The position numbers and the translations under genes were made by a program. From Vicugna vicugna (lineage: Eukaryota), in the NCBI GenBank assembly GCA_013265495.1, contig MU058844.1, forward strand, positions 1,432,941-1,496,940: 64,000 nucleotides of DNA. The letters are read 5' to 3'. This document shows, piece after piece, positions 37,866 to 50,159 of this stretch (its first letter is position 1; the number at the start of each line of letters is the position of its first letter). The notes under the pieces were generated by a model. The model was not told where the DNA came from. It made no database searches and was given only the letters and a program-made list of their open reading frames with translations.

Positions 37866-38409
37866 TTCCTCAAACTAATCCCTGAAAAGGACGATGAACT
37901 CTACAGAGCTGTACTGGATGAGTGTCCAGTGGGCAATACAGATACCATACAGATTTGAAAGGCAGTGCAAGAGAGATTGTTTTCTGCTTGAGTAACTGGA
38001 TGAGATTGGAGCACAGTCACCAGACTGCAGATTTCACTATGGTAGGGATTGTGCTTGCTTTCCTTTTTCTTAGCATTGTTTCTCTAGGACCAGAACAATG
38101 GATTTGAGCATAAAAGTGTGTTGAATGACTGAATGAAAGTTTGTCCTGAAGGATGGATTTTGAAGGGGTATGAAGGAGACTATAGGGAAGGCAAATGGTG
38201 ATTTCCAAAGATACGATGGCCAGGAAACCTGCAGCAGTTATGGAAGACAGAAAGGGAGTGATACAGCTGGAAGAGAGATGGTTGGGTGAATAAATGGAGA
38301 CATCACCGAAAGTGGGAGTTTTAAATATGACATGACAGTCAGTTGTATCAAATACTGCAGAGTTTGAAGAAAGGCTAATTCAATCATCAGGCAATGCAGA
38401 GACCAGTGA

Positions 38410-38540
38410 TTATCCTTATTATAAGATAATCATAGTACTAACTCATCTGGGTGTTGTGAGTATTAAATGAAATATGACTTGGAAAGAGCTTAGCCCAGTG
38501 CCTGGCACAGACTAGGCACTCAGTACATTAGTTATTATTC
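38410..38540 (+). mobile_element. MIR 3' fragment
   Basis: 'gttgtgagtattaaatga...gcttagcccagtgcctggcacagactaggcactcagta'. Confidence 0.8.
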
Positions 38541-39289
38541 ATATCAAATTGTTGTTTATCACTTTGTGACATTTCGGTGAGTGATGATAGCAGAGATTAC
38601 CATGGAGGTAGAAGCAACAGACCAGAGAGAGTGTGGGCATCAGTATTTATGGAGAACCTGTGAGTATGAAGCATTGTTCAGGTCCTCTGGAGACACAGAG
38701 ATGAAACATCCTCCCACCGATTCTCATAACACTGGAATGTCCCTCAAGGGCCTTGGTGCCTGGGGTAGAGTTAATATCTGCATAACAGGTACACTATTAC
38801 TAGCTAGTTTTGTAAGCTGATCTTGGGATTTCTTCCTGTGATGTCTCCTGAACAGTCAGTTTCCCTCCTGCATCCAAACACCATCATGAGGAAGAAGGGT
38901 GGGGAATAAGGAGGTCCGGTGTCTGGCCTTTCTCCAAATGTGACCGAGTTACCTAAAGCAACTGTTTAAATTCTGTGATCAATCTGAGATCACAAGATGG
39001 ACTAAATTTACTTGGATTTTTCCCCCGATTCCAGCAGCGTGGGGTCTCATGAGGAAGAACAGAGGAGTCGTAGACTAAATAAAGAGTAGTTTTCGAACGA
39101 ACGTTCTCCACATAGCTGAGTATTGCGTTAGCAGTTTTATGACCCACTGTGTGAGTACTTAGATAACTATAATACAAGGTAGAAAGTGATAAACATGGAG
39201 TACATAAGTGATGTGGGAATTTGGAGGAATTATTTCAGCTAATTCAGGAAAGGCTTTGTGGGGGAGATAGAGTTGGAGCTGCTTTTCTC

Positions 39290-39600
39290 TCCAACATTTG
39301 ATTTTGAAAAATTTAAAACAGACAGAAAAAGGGGAAGAATTAGAAAATGAACACCCATATATCCTTCAGTGAGATTCAACATTTAGTAATATCTTGGTAT
39401 ATTTGATTTCCCTCTGTGTAAAAAGTATGTGCATATGTATATATATGTATATATAGTAAACATATATTTTTAGAAACGTTCGAAAGTAAGTTGCAGGCAT
39501 CATGACACTTCATTCCTAAATAATCAGCGTGCATTGCTAAAAAACAAGGACTTTTCTCCAACATAGTCACAGCATAATTATCACCGAAGGAAATGAGAAA
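39290..39600 (-). mobile_element. L1MC4/5-like 3' end inserted in an antisense L2 fragment
   Basis: 'gaaagtaagttgcaggcatcatgacacttcattcctaaata...aacaaggac'. Confidence 0.75.
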
Positions 39601-39714
39601 TCATGACTGAGCTGGATTTTGAAGGAAAGGTAGGGCTTGGGTTTTGATGATCAATCATAGGTCCTCTTGGGCAGAGGACACAGGATGAGTCCAAGCCTAG
39701 ATGCAGTCACCTGT

Positions 39715-39780
39715 TTTTCTTTTTAATTGACGTATAGTTGGTTTACAATGTTGTGTCAATTTCTGATGTAGAGCATATCT
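39715..39780 (-). mobile_element. Very short young L1 3' end (cetartiodactyl type)
   Basis: 'ttttaattgacgtatagttggtttacaatgttgtgtcaatttctgatgtagagcat', homologous to 22580-22632. Confidence 0.7.
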
Positions 39781-40373
39781 ATTTTAATCCCTTCTTTTGA
39801 CGGGAAACAGCTCCTAGGCCAGAAAGCTGGAGTGATACGCTAAAGGCCACAAAGGGAGTTTGGAAAGAGCTGGAACCAGCAGCCACATTTCCTGATTCCT
39901 TTCACGTTGCTCCCCACCACACTCCTCTTCCTGGCATGGCGCTAAATTTAGAACATGACACTCTTGGTTCCTATACAGGGGCACCTTTAAATCCCTCTCA
40001 GTTAAAAAAGCTTTTTGGATGACACCTTTCTGTGTGGGTTTCCAAGATGTTGCCAATCCGAATCCTGCCAGTTCTCCTGGAAGATCAGGGTTTAAACAGG
40101 TGGAGAAATAGAAATAGGGATGACGAACTGCACAATAAGTCATAGAAAAAACCAGGAGTTATGTCCCAGTTTCCCAGAAAAAGCAGGGCTGTCACCTGTG
40201 TGGGCCTTGTCTCCATATCCTAACCCCACAGCCTGTGTGGCCTGGGTCCCCTTCCCGCCTCCTGCTTCCCACAGCCAGAGAGCCTCCAGCAGGCACAAGG
40301 AGGTTGCTGGGCTATGAATCAGGACTCTTGAATGCTGTCCACTTCTACTTCTGATTAACGGTGTGGCTTTACA

Positions 40374-40585
40374 CAGTGGTTCTCAATCAGGAGTGACTTT
40401 GTCCCCTAGTGAATGTTTGGCCACATTTGGAGACATTTTTGATTGTCCCAGCTACATACAGGGTGTCATCTGGTTGATAATCCCTGGGGATTCTCCTAAG
40501 CATCCGACAGTGCCAGGACAGCCACCACCAACAAAGGATTACTCAGTCCAGAATGTCAGTAGTGCTGACTGTAGTCGATCCACAG
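40374..40585 (+). mobile_element. MER20 hAT-Charlie DNA transposon
   Basis: 'cagtggttctcaa...tttggagacatttttgattgtc...caggacagcc...caacaaaggattactcagtccagaatgtcagtagtgctga'. Confidence 0.85.
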
Positions 40586-40829
40586 GGGACACCTTGAGAA
40601 AGGCCTTTCTGGATAATTTCTAAGATCCTTCTCTGCCCTCCTGTTTTTCAATCCAAAAAATGCAGATGAGTAACAAATATACTTAAGAATTCCTGCCTGA
40701 ACACAGGGAGGAATATGGTAACAAGAAGTGATGATCCTTCTTAAAACCTCCTCACACAGGCATATATCTTCATGCCCACAGGCACACGGGGTGGTCAAGT
40801 ATGTATATGGTGAGGCTTGAGGCCGGCCC

Positions 40830-41235
40830 ATCTCTCCAGCTTATCCGACTGTCCAGGCATGTGGGCCGCCTTTCACTTCCTCCAAGGTGCCATGCTTTCT
40901 CCTGCCTTTGGTTATTCCTCATTTGCTGGGTGATGTCCGCCTCTTCCCCCTTCTATTTCCAACACACACGCTTTGGCTAAAGTTTACTCATCCTTCAGGT
41001 CACAAGCTACCCATCACTTCCTCAGGGAAGCCCCCATCACTTCCCATTCTCTTACTCATTACACACCATGGCGATTACTTATACTTAAACAAATCTGTCA
41101 GCCTTCTAGACTATAAGCTTGGCCAGGGTGCAGACAACCGTCCTGCTGTGCTATGAATTGCTGGCCCCCACACACTGAGCCTTTTAGAAGGCTCAGTAGA
41201 TGTTGAATGATGAAATGATTGATCGAATGAATGAT
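40830..41235 (+). mobile_element. L2 3' region
   Basis: 'ctcatccttcaggtc...atcacttcctcagggaagcc...ctagactataagc...gttgaatga'. Confidence 0.75.
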
Positions 41236-41399
41236 TAGCAGGAAGTATACAAAGGAGCATGGGATAGCGATTACAAAAAGGGGAGATGCAACCTACAGCA
41301 TCCAGCTTGCACAGAAACTAGGCTTGTTCTTGGGGGCAGATAGACATTGGGTACAACCATGGAAAATACTGATTCTAACTGAACCTTCATGTCTTTCCT

Positions 41400-41930
41400 C
41401 TGTGATACCACCTGAATTATTGGAATAAAAATGAAATCTTTCCTCGACAGGAGCCCTGGTGGCTTCCTATTGCATGTGCAGTGAGGTTCAAATACCTCCA
41501 TATGACATATGAGTCCATGAAAGGCGAGTCCCTACTTTGCCTCATCTTCCACCACCTCCTCCATCTGTACCCTGTACCCTTTCCTGTAAAGCAAATGCTT
41601 CATTCTCTCTGAAATACACTTGAAGCTCCCATCCTGCCACCTGGCCAACTCTTACTTGTATTTTAAGCCTCAGGTTAAATGTCACCTCAATATAAAGACT
41701 GTTTCAAGTCCCCCAGTGTTAGTCACTCAGCATTTTCGACTCCAATAATGCTGTGTCTTTATGTAGCACTTAGAGCAAAATTATTTGTTTTCATGCATGT
41801 CTCTCTCACTAAGAGTTGAGTGGCTCTGGGCAGGGGCTGTGTGTAATATACTCATCTTTATTTCCTATAGCAGTGCCTAGTCAAAGGGAAGCTCTGTGAG
41901 TCCTTGTGGAGTGAATGAATAAAAAGAATG
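41400..41930 (+). mobile_element. L2 3' region
   Basis: 'ctggccaactcttacttgtattttaagcctcaggttaaatgtcacctc...ggcaggggctgtg...gtgaatgaat'. Confidence 0.75.
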
Positions 41931-44317
41931 AAAAGAAACAAAAGTTGGAATATGACAGTGGATGCAATTTCTAAGTTTTTCTCTGTTTTAAAATATTTTC
42001 TTTTCTTGAATGACTACATGGGGATGGGAATGGAGGTTGCAATAGGGGGCAAATAGCTTCTTTTAAAAATCCAGTTTTCCACTTTTACGTTTTCTCTTAG
42101 GACCAACTGGATTTCAAAGTGCTGTATAGTATGGACAGTGTATTTCACCCTTCATGGCTTCACCCTTCATTTTTGGTAGCAAAATCTTTGTTCAGAATGC
42201 ACATACCTTTGATTTCTGACAAATAGAAAGTAGCTCTTCCTAATTACCTTAAAATTAATGCTCTGCATATATTTTTAAAATACGGGCTTTTCTTGTGAAA
42301 GTTTCCTTTCTGAGACACATAAGCTTCACCCTTTCCCCATGTTGGGAGTGGGGGATGTTTGATTTACATTTATCTTTTCTTCTGATTTTAAGTGTTTTTT
42401 TTAATTGTTATTATTTTTTAATTCTCTTTCAGTCACTCAGCCCTGAGAAAATCTCATTTCCCCTTCACCATCAAGGATATTATTGTGAAAGGTTATTTGT
42501 TCTGACAACTCTTTGAAGTTGTGTCACTGGCCTGGGATACTAGACTAATTAAAAAAAAAATCCACATATCTCAGTGGACTAACTTCTTAAGAACCTGTGA
42601 TTCCCTAACCACCCAGTGCTGGGTCTGCTTTGCTCAGAAGGCATGTCTGCCTTATACCCTTGTTGACTGAGCCCACCCTTCCCTGCCCAGTAGAAGCTGG
42701 GAAGGGTTTGCAAAGTAGCTGTTCAAACACTGGGGCAGACGCTTTAGGAAAAAAGAATGCTTCGAGGGACACCAGGTATAGCCAGAATCTCCAGCTGGGG
42801 AAAGGGGCCTGAGAATTTTTGACGGAGAGAGATTCTTATTCCTTTCAGATCAGCCTAGGGTTTCAGCAACATCACAATAGATATAAAGGAGTAGAAGGTA
42901 GTAGGTTTCAGTTATATGTGTCAAACTTAACATATTCCACTTTAACCTGGCTAAAACATTCCTAATGTCATCTCTAGGACTGTCAAGAACAATTTTTGTG
43001 GGTGCACGTGTGTTTGTGCACGTGTGTGTGTTGTATACATGTGGGTTTGTACATGTACATTTCCATCCTGCAGGGACAATTGTGTTTTGGTTTATAGGTG
43101 TAGAGTCCTGTTTCCCTCTGTCACATGACCATGGGTTTTGCCTTACTCAGCAGGCCTTTTGTCTAATGCATTGACATCTTAATGAAAAACAAACGGTAGA
43201 TTCATCAAAAGAGACAAGATTACTTGAATCATAAATGGAGAGCATCAGGGAGGCTAGCAACAATAATAATAATAAATTGCAGCTATTGTCCACAGAAACT
43301 TGCTTTTCTAAGGTGCTTTTGATAATTACCTGTCAATGTTTCCGTTTCAACACCCGCTCCATGAATTGATGGTGTCTATTTATATCACATGAAATTCTTG
43401 TATTTGCATCTTGAAGTGCATTCCATTCCCAGGCATGAATAGAGCAGGGGTTATTTTATTTTTCCAGGAGGGGAAAGTGGCATTGTTGAATCTAACACAT
43501 GTGAGCATTGCTTCCTGGTTGAAGGGAAGCAAAACAAAGCAACAAATGAACATCAACCTTAATAAAGAAGCAAACGGAGGGAACTGTAGCTTGGATGGTT
43601 TGGGGGCAAGCAGTGTTTGTGTCTCTTGAAAGTTGTCTAACTCAGGTGATGCCTACCTCGTTATCTCTGTCAGGTGATGTACTGAAACTTCTGTGAAACG
43701 TCAGTACAAGGGAAGATGGGAGAAAATGGAGTCAGTGAAGATCTATGTTAAGAGTGTAGGAACTTCAGGGATTGTAGTTTGTCTTTATTTAAAGAATGTC
43801 CTAATATGAATGACTGAATTTAACAAAACTACAAGCATATAAAGAGAATAGATGTTTATTGATTTAGTTCTTCAAAGCTTAATTCATAGAAACAGAAGTG
43901 GGGGGATTTGGTGCCCAGGACAATGTAGTTGGGAACCCCCACAATTCCATCAGAGGAGGAGAAAGTCCCATATCAGGAGATCTGTCAGGTTTGCTACTGT
44001 GTGACTTAGGACGACTGGTTTGTCTGCTCTCAGACACAGATTCTTTATTTGTTAAATGAGAAAGTGGGCCAGATCTCATCTAGCCCTAAAACTAATTTTT
44101 AAAAATCTTAGTATCCCTAATTCTTTACACAGTGTCTGACATAAATCTGGGGAATCCCCAGGGTTTATTAAGTGAATAGACAAACAAAGGAGTGTTTCTC
44201 TTAGGCATGATTACCTGTGCAGGTCCCTCTTTCAGTCAGTTAGATGGATTTCAGAATTATAAGGGCTGTTGGTAAGGATGACACATTTAGTAAATGCACA
44301 TCTGATTTCTTACTATG

Positions 44318-44841
44318 TGTGGAAGGCAGCCTCTAAGATGGGCTCTGGGGACTCCCACCACCTGGCATGCACATCTTCTGTCACCCTCTCCTTGAGTGTA
44401 GACTAGACGCATTGACTCACTTTAATAAGTAGAATACAGCACAAGTGGTGGGTAGTCACTCCTGAAATTAGGTTGCCAAAAAGCTGTGACTTCTGTTTCG
44501 TTTCCTCTCTCTTTCTCAGAGCCTCTGCTCTGGGGGAAGCCAGCTGCCATGTTGTGAGCTGCCTGTGGAGGGGCCCACATGGCAGGGAACTGGTGTCTCT
44601 GGATGGCACCCAGCAGACCAAAGACTGCCAAGAGTCACATGCATGAGCTTGGAAGTAGACCCTTCCCTAATTGAGCCCTAGAAGGACTGCAACCCTGGTG
44701 GATGCCCGACTGCAGCCTCACCAGAGACCCTGGGCCATGCCCAGATTTCTGACTAACAGAAACTGAGGTGGTAAATGTTTTTTATTTTAAATTGCTAAGT
44801 TTTGAGGTAGTTTGTTACACAGCAATTGATGACTAAAATAC
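44318..44841 (+). mobile_element. MLT1F-like ERVL-MaLR solo LTR
   Basis: 'tgtggaaggcagcctctaagatgg...gaagccagctgccatgttgtgagctgcc...gagcttggaagtaga...gtttgttacacagcaattgatgactaa'. Confidence 0.85.
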
Positions 44842-44939
44842 CATATTGCAAAAAGACTCATAATTTAAAGTGCATATAATCTAAATAAGAGATATGACAA
44901 ATATACCAATAACGATTATGTATAGTTATAATATTAATA

Positions 44940-45300
44940 GTGACCAATTCCTACATAACACTTACAATGTGTCCCAAACTAATATACACACACATATATT
45001 TATATAAATATATATACATGTATATTAATATTTACACACATACATATATACATATATAAACATAATATACTATACATTCAGTCTACATATAAAATATATA
45101 CACATAAATATATAGGCATATATCAATATATTTTAACCTATTCATTCCTCACAACAGCACTATGAAATACATGACATGGCCATCCCCATTTTACAGATGA
45201 AGAAATGGATTCACAGAAAGGTAAATTACCCAAGGTCTCCCAGCTCGTAAAGGTAGGAATCTGTAGACCAGAAGTTTAAACCCAATTTCCAGATGACTTG
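44940..45300 (-). mobile_element. MIR SINE containing an AT-rich (TA/CA) expansion at ~44980-45135
   Basis: 'attcctcacaacagcactatga...atccccattttacagatgaagaaa...cccaaggtc'. Confidence 0.75.
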
Positions 45301-46249
45301 TTCTTTACCAGAAAGCTTATTCTTCATAAATAAGTTAAGGAAGTAACATGAAATGATTTTAAAGGCGTGATTCCATCCAATTTGAGGGATAAGAAGATTT
45401 TATGGAGGAGGTGAATGATGAGATGGGGGATTAAACAGAGTGAGATAGAAGCTTGACAGAAACAGTTCCCTGTTGCAATGGACTGAATGTGTTCTCCTGA
45501 AATTCACTACATATTTTGTTAATTGTATATAGTTATTGCTGAAACTGCCGCCAACATTCATTCATTCTTTTATTAATCATTTGTTTCTTTTCTTGTGCCA
45601 GCAACATGCACACATTGTTTCATATTCAATTCTACCCAGCGGGCACAGGGATGAGGTCAGCCTGCAGGGGGAGAGGAGGCTGCAGCTTCCCGTTTTCTTG
45701 TTGGGTGTGGGCTGCCTCCTAGAGAGGTTTCAAGGCTCCCATTCCACAATCTGAGATCTCAGGAGTTCGACTCAGATGCAGAGTCTCATTTTCAAAGGTG
45801 TTACATTTACATAATTTTACAGCTGGAGATATTAGTAGCTCAGGTAAATCAAATAAGTTTGTGCCTCTGCACAAATAAAAACTACCTCCCTTTCCCCAGG
45901 CTGCCATCATCCTCTTATAACAATTCCTCAGGTTCTGGCTCTTTTTCAGACCTCCTCCCCACACTGCATCTCATGCTTGGAAATAACTTGGGCTTTGCAG
46001 CCGTTTCACTCCGCCCCACCTCTGTGCAACATACATAAAAATACAAGGTGGTGGAGGAGGGCAGGAGCCTCCGTCTTCAGAGACTGGATTGAAATCTTGT
46101 TTCTGTACCATCGGAAACCTAGTGATCACTCTCTCCTGCCTGGCCAGTTGCAGTAGCCTCCTAACTTTCTCCTTGTACTCTGTCTTGCCTCCAGTTTTTC
46201 TCTCCATATAGTGGGCAGACTTACCACTCAAAACAATTTGCCTTTTTTT

Positions 46250-46490
46250 TTAATTAAAAGCAGTATATGAATAGAGTTAAAAAAAAAAAGATAAGTTCAA
46301 AATTGCATGCAATAAAGTCTTGCAAGTCAGCTCTCTAGTCCCCAAGGATTTCTTCCTAGAAGCAACCAATTTTACCAGTTTACTGCATATTTTTCAGAGA
46401 CAGTTTATGTACATACATATACATATAAGATATACAGGTGTATATTTTGATGAATTTTTTTCTTTTATACATGAATGTTCTTAATACATA
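46250..46490 (-). mobile_element. Old L1 (L1ME-like) 3' end
   Basis: 'ttcctagaagcaaccaattttaccagtttactgcatatttttcagagacagtttatgtaca'. Confidence 0.6.
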
Positions 46491-46729
46491 AGCTGATCAT
46501 GATGGACAACAGAAACTGTCTATTAGGCTTCAGAAAATGTAAATATTTTTAACATTCCTTCAAGCCCTTGCATGATCAGGCTCCTCCCTGACTGTGCGAT
46601 CTTGTCTCATACTATTCTTTTCATTTTGTTTTTCACATGGGACTTAGTTCCACAAACATCTAATCTAACCACCTAACATTCTTTGCATATTTCTATCTTT
46701 GATCAGGATAGCTCTCTGTCTGGAAGGGA

Positions 46730-47166
46730 AATTGTGTCCTCCACATATATCCTATCTATGCTCAGAAGCCATATGGTTTGTATGGAACAGATTCACCTTA
46801 GGGTTCAAGGATACCCAAATCCCATTCTGCTGACCAAAATGAGTGTTTCAAGTAGCCAAGACTTAAATCAACCAGGAGGCATCCGCTGGTTAGAAAGGTT
46901 GGTTTGAGGTAGCCTAATCAGCATAAAGAGGGAACTTTCTCTGTGAATATAAACAAATAAACTCTGGTTGTTGTTGGTAGAATAGAAACCAAGAGACTGA
47001 AACCAACATGTAAAATTTGGCAGGACAGTTAGAATCTCAGAGAAATACAATCAGGGCCTTGATCAAACTTTGCCTGAAGCTATCCCAATAAAAACCTTCT
47101 AGTGTTTTAAGCAAACTTGCATTGAGTTTTATTTGACTTGCAGTCAACTTAAAGCATCCTGATACA
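46730..47166 (+). mobile_element. Old MLT1-like LTR fragment
   Basis: 3' end 'tgcctgaagc...aataaa...tttaagcaaacttgcattgagtttt...acttgca...catcctgataca'. Confidence 0.5.
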
Positions 47167-47179
47167 CCCCTTCTTCCCC

Positions 47180-47512
47180 ACACTGATCTTCTTATATCTG
47201 GCTAACTCTTACCCAGCCTCCTAGCCTCTTAAATGTTACCTCCTCTTCAGAGAGGCTTTATCTGACTTCCCCAGGCTAAGTTGGGTCTTCCTTTTATATG
47301 TTTTCCTTACCCTGAGGCCTTTTTCTCTGGCATACTTGTCACAATTTTAATGAAAGATGATTTTTTAATGTCCCTCTCCCCCAGAGGATTGTAAATTAAG
47401 TAAAATCTGGACTATGTCTGTCTGGTTCACTGCTCTAGCTCCAGGTTCTGGCATACACCAGATCCTTTTAACTGCTCAATAAATATTTTTTGGATGTAAA
47501 AGTGAATGAATG
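47180..47512 (+). mobile_element. L2 3' end
   Basis: 'ctggctaactcttac...aaatgttacctcctc...ggttcactgctctagctccag...gctcaataaatatt...gaatgaatga'. Confidence 0.8.
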
Positions 47513-47694
47513 ATAAAATTTATTATGGATAACTTGATCATTTATAATGATTTTTAAATTAAATTTAATAATATTCCCCTAAATTGAAAGACAGTTTTTT
47601 AATGTTTGATCAAACTTGGGCAAAAATGTCCTGAGTCCCCAGGATATTTTACTAGATGTAATCTGGTTCCCATGACTGAATTTCTGTTGAGGGG

Positions 47695-47935
47695 AAGTGT
47701 GGGTGATAGTTAAGAGTCCCATTCCAATGCAGATAGGAATCCTGGATTAGAAACCTGAATCTTTCATATACTGGGTTTCTGGTCTTGGGCAAGCAACTGG
47801 ACTTCTTTAGGCCTCAGTCTATCTTTAAAATGAGGATTATAATGGTATCTGCCTCACAGGGTCATTATGAGGATTAGATGGTATAATGCATGTAATGCAC
47901 CTATCTCAATATTAAGTACTTGCATATAGTATTTT
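47695..47935 (+). mobile_element. MIR SINE
   Basis: 'cttgggcaag...gcctcagt...taaaatgaggattataatggtatctgcctcacagggtcattatgaggattagatg'. Confidence 0.85.
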
Positions 47936-49319
47936 CCATCACATACTGAATACTTATAAAAACTTTACATGATATATGTAGCTTCTTGCTATTGTTATTA
48001 TTGTTTAGAATCAAACCTTAATTTCTAGGCCCTCAAAATGAGATTTCTCTGAACTTTATTCTAGGGCTTTAAGGGGCTTTACTTATGAATGATTTAATAT
48101 ACATAGGGTTGACCAAATGCTGGATTTTTTTTTTTTAATTTCTGCTTGATTCAGATTCTTGTGATTTTGAACAGCTGTTGTTCTTCAAAAAAGAAAATGG
48201 ATTTGAAGGAGTATTCATACTGATTTATTGTTGGTTGTCTGTGGAAATGTAAATAGCCCTGAATGTGCCACTCATTGGGACAGGACAGTGCTTTTCATAA
48301 TGGACAAAATAGCCTTGTTGCACTTTAATAATCTGCTTGTGGTTAAACCAGTCATGGGATTCCTTAAACACAGCAGAATGCCTGCTATTGTCATTTGCAT
48401 ATCAATGAGCAGACATCTCTGTGCTGTTGCCATTACACAGCAATGCCATTTCCCTGACTTGGGAACTGTACTGCAGGGTTGAGATGTGAAATGCACATGG
48501 CTGTCTCTTTCATACAGAGACGCAAACACTAAGCATAGGCAGCAGCTGCTGAAGCAGTTACACAACTAATCTATTGTGTATGTATAGAAGTTGTAAGGGT
48601 TAGAAAGAGATCGCCCACCCCCAATACCTGATGGATATATGTGTGTGCATTTCTTTTACAGAAGTATGTTAGGAATAATCATTTTAAAACGTGTTTGCAT
48701 TAGATGAGGTAGGTTTAAATAAGAATTTTAAAAATAACATTGCTTGCACAGGAAACTCTCTGACTTTAAAATGTAATGGAAAAACCCCCAGACTTGTTTC
48801 CTCTGCTTATCACCCCGTTCCTGCCTACGCATTTTCCCAGAGTTGAAAAGAGCCCTTCCATTTTACCCATTTGGAAATAAACCGGCATGCCAGTCTCCCA
48901 TCAAGGGCCATGGTGGGTGTTTAGGTTGGATGCAGAGTTTTGTGCTTCTGTGCTTTTGCCCAGGGTGGCACAGTGAGGACTGCTAATTCAGTAATCATCT
49001 CCAGCCCTCTTTGACAAGCCCTAGCATAGTGTTTCAATAGTTTTTTTAGGTGACCTTAATCACCACCACAGCCTTAAACAGCATTTTCAAAACAAAGCCA
49101 TGATTTGCACGTAGATTGATTACTCAGACCAGCCAAGCTGAGGATACATTCTCTGTAACGTTATCATATTAGTCATAGTTGTAATCTGTACTGTGAAAGA
49201 ATCAAGTATGGGGGATATTCATAGTGGATTTTTCTGAAAATTGAAAATGGGTTATCAATATCATACTCTTCCCTAGAAAAATGGGAGAAACATGCACACG
49301 TGCATACACATGGGAAGTA

Positions 49320-49900
49320 ACAATAATCATACTTATTATCTGCTTGACACTGTTCTAGACTCTATTTGGGAACTGATTCATCTAACTCCTTAGCAACACA
49401 ATGAAACATTGCTATTATTATCTATTTACTCTGTCGAGCAATTGAGTCAGGGAGAGGTCCAGTACTTCGCCCATGGCAGGGGTATAAAGTGAAATGCACA
49501 AATCTGTCTGTTTCATGTAACATACAGATACTGACCAGAGGCCAGAGCTGCTGACTCAGTCAGTCAACTTACCCATCATGTTTTGTAGAAGTTGTAATGG
49601 TAGGAAATAAACTGCCTGCTCCCAATATCTTGCCATACAGAGAGTAGATAGTGGAGATATTAATAATAGTAAGAATAATAAATAGGAATTGAGTGGTTCC
49701 TAGGCCAGGCCAGGCACTCTTCTAAGAGCTTTATTATGTATATTATTCTATTTAATTCCCACAACAGGCCCAAGGAGAGAATTCTTATGTTCATTTCAGA
49801 GCAACAGAAGTGAACTACTTTCTCTCAAATCTTACATGCAGGGAACAGGAGAGCAGGGGTTGAATACCTGAGCTTGTGTGAAAACCACGAATCAGAAGTG
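49320..49900 (-). mobile_element. Two MIR fragments (~49320-49480 and ~49680-49900)
   Basis: 'gagaggtccagtacttcgccca'; 'gccaggcactcttctaagagcttt...atttaattcccacaacagg'. Confidence 0.6.
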
Positions 49901-50159
49901 CTTCTGTTGGAAAGTTTTTTTGCTAGGTCCCTGGACAGTGACGTGGGCCCCCTTGCCATGTTGGCTGCAGGGACACTGGACTTACTAGCGAGTTTCTTCT
50001 CCCTCCACCGAACCTCAGAATCTTTCCAGCCCCTCATTGTCCTATCTCATCGCCTCAGGCACCCGCTTTTCTGCCCAAAGGTCCATTTCTTTAAGAGCTA
50101 GCCCTGGCTGGTTAGCATATAGCCTAGCCAATCTGAGAACCTACTTCACAACGACGCAT

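Noticed and set aside
42080..42230. Possible exon after the acceptor-like 'ttttctcttag' (similar sites at ~19410, ~51830, ~53177)
   Set aside because: No convincing paired donor site or recognisable peptide.
43005..43024. Tandem CACGTG E-boxes
   Set aside because: They lie in a decayed TG microsatellite, where such motifs arise readily.
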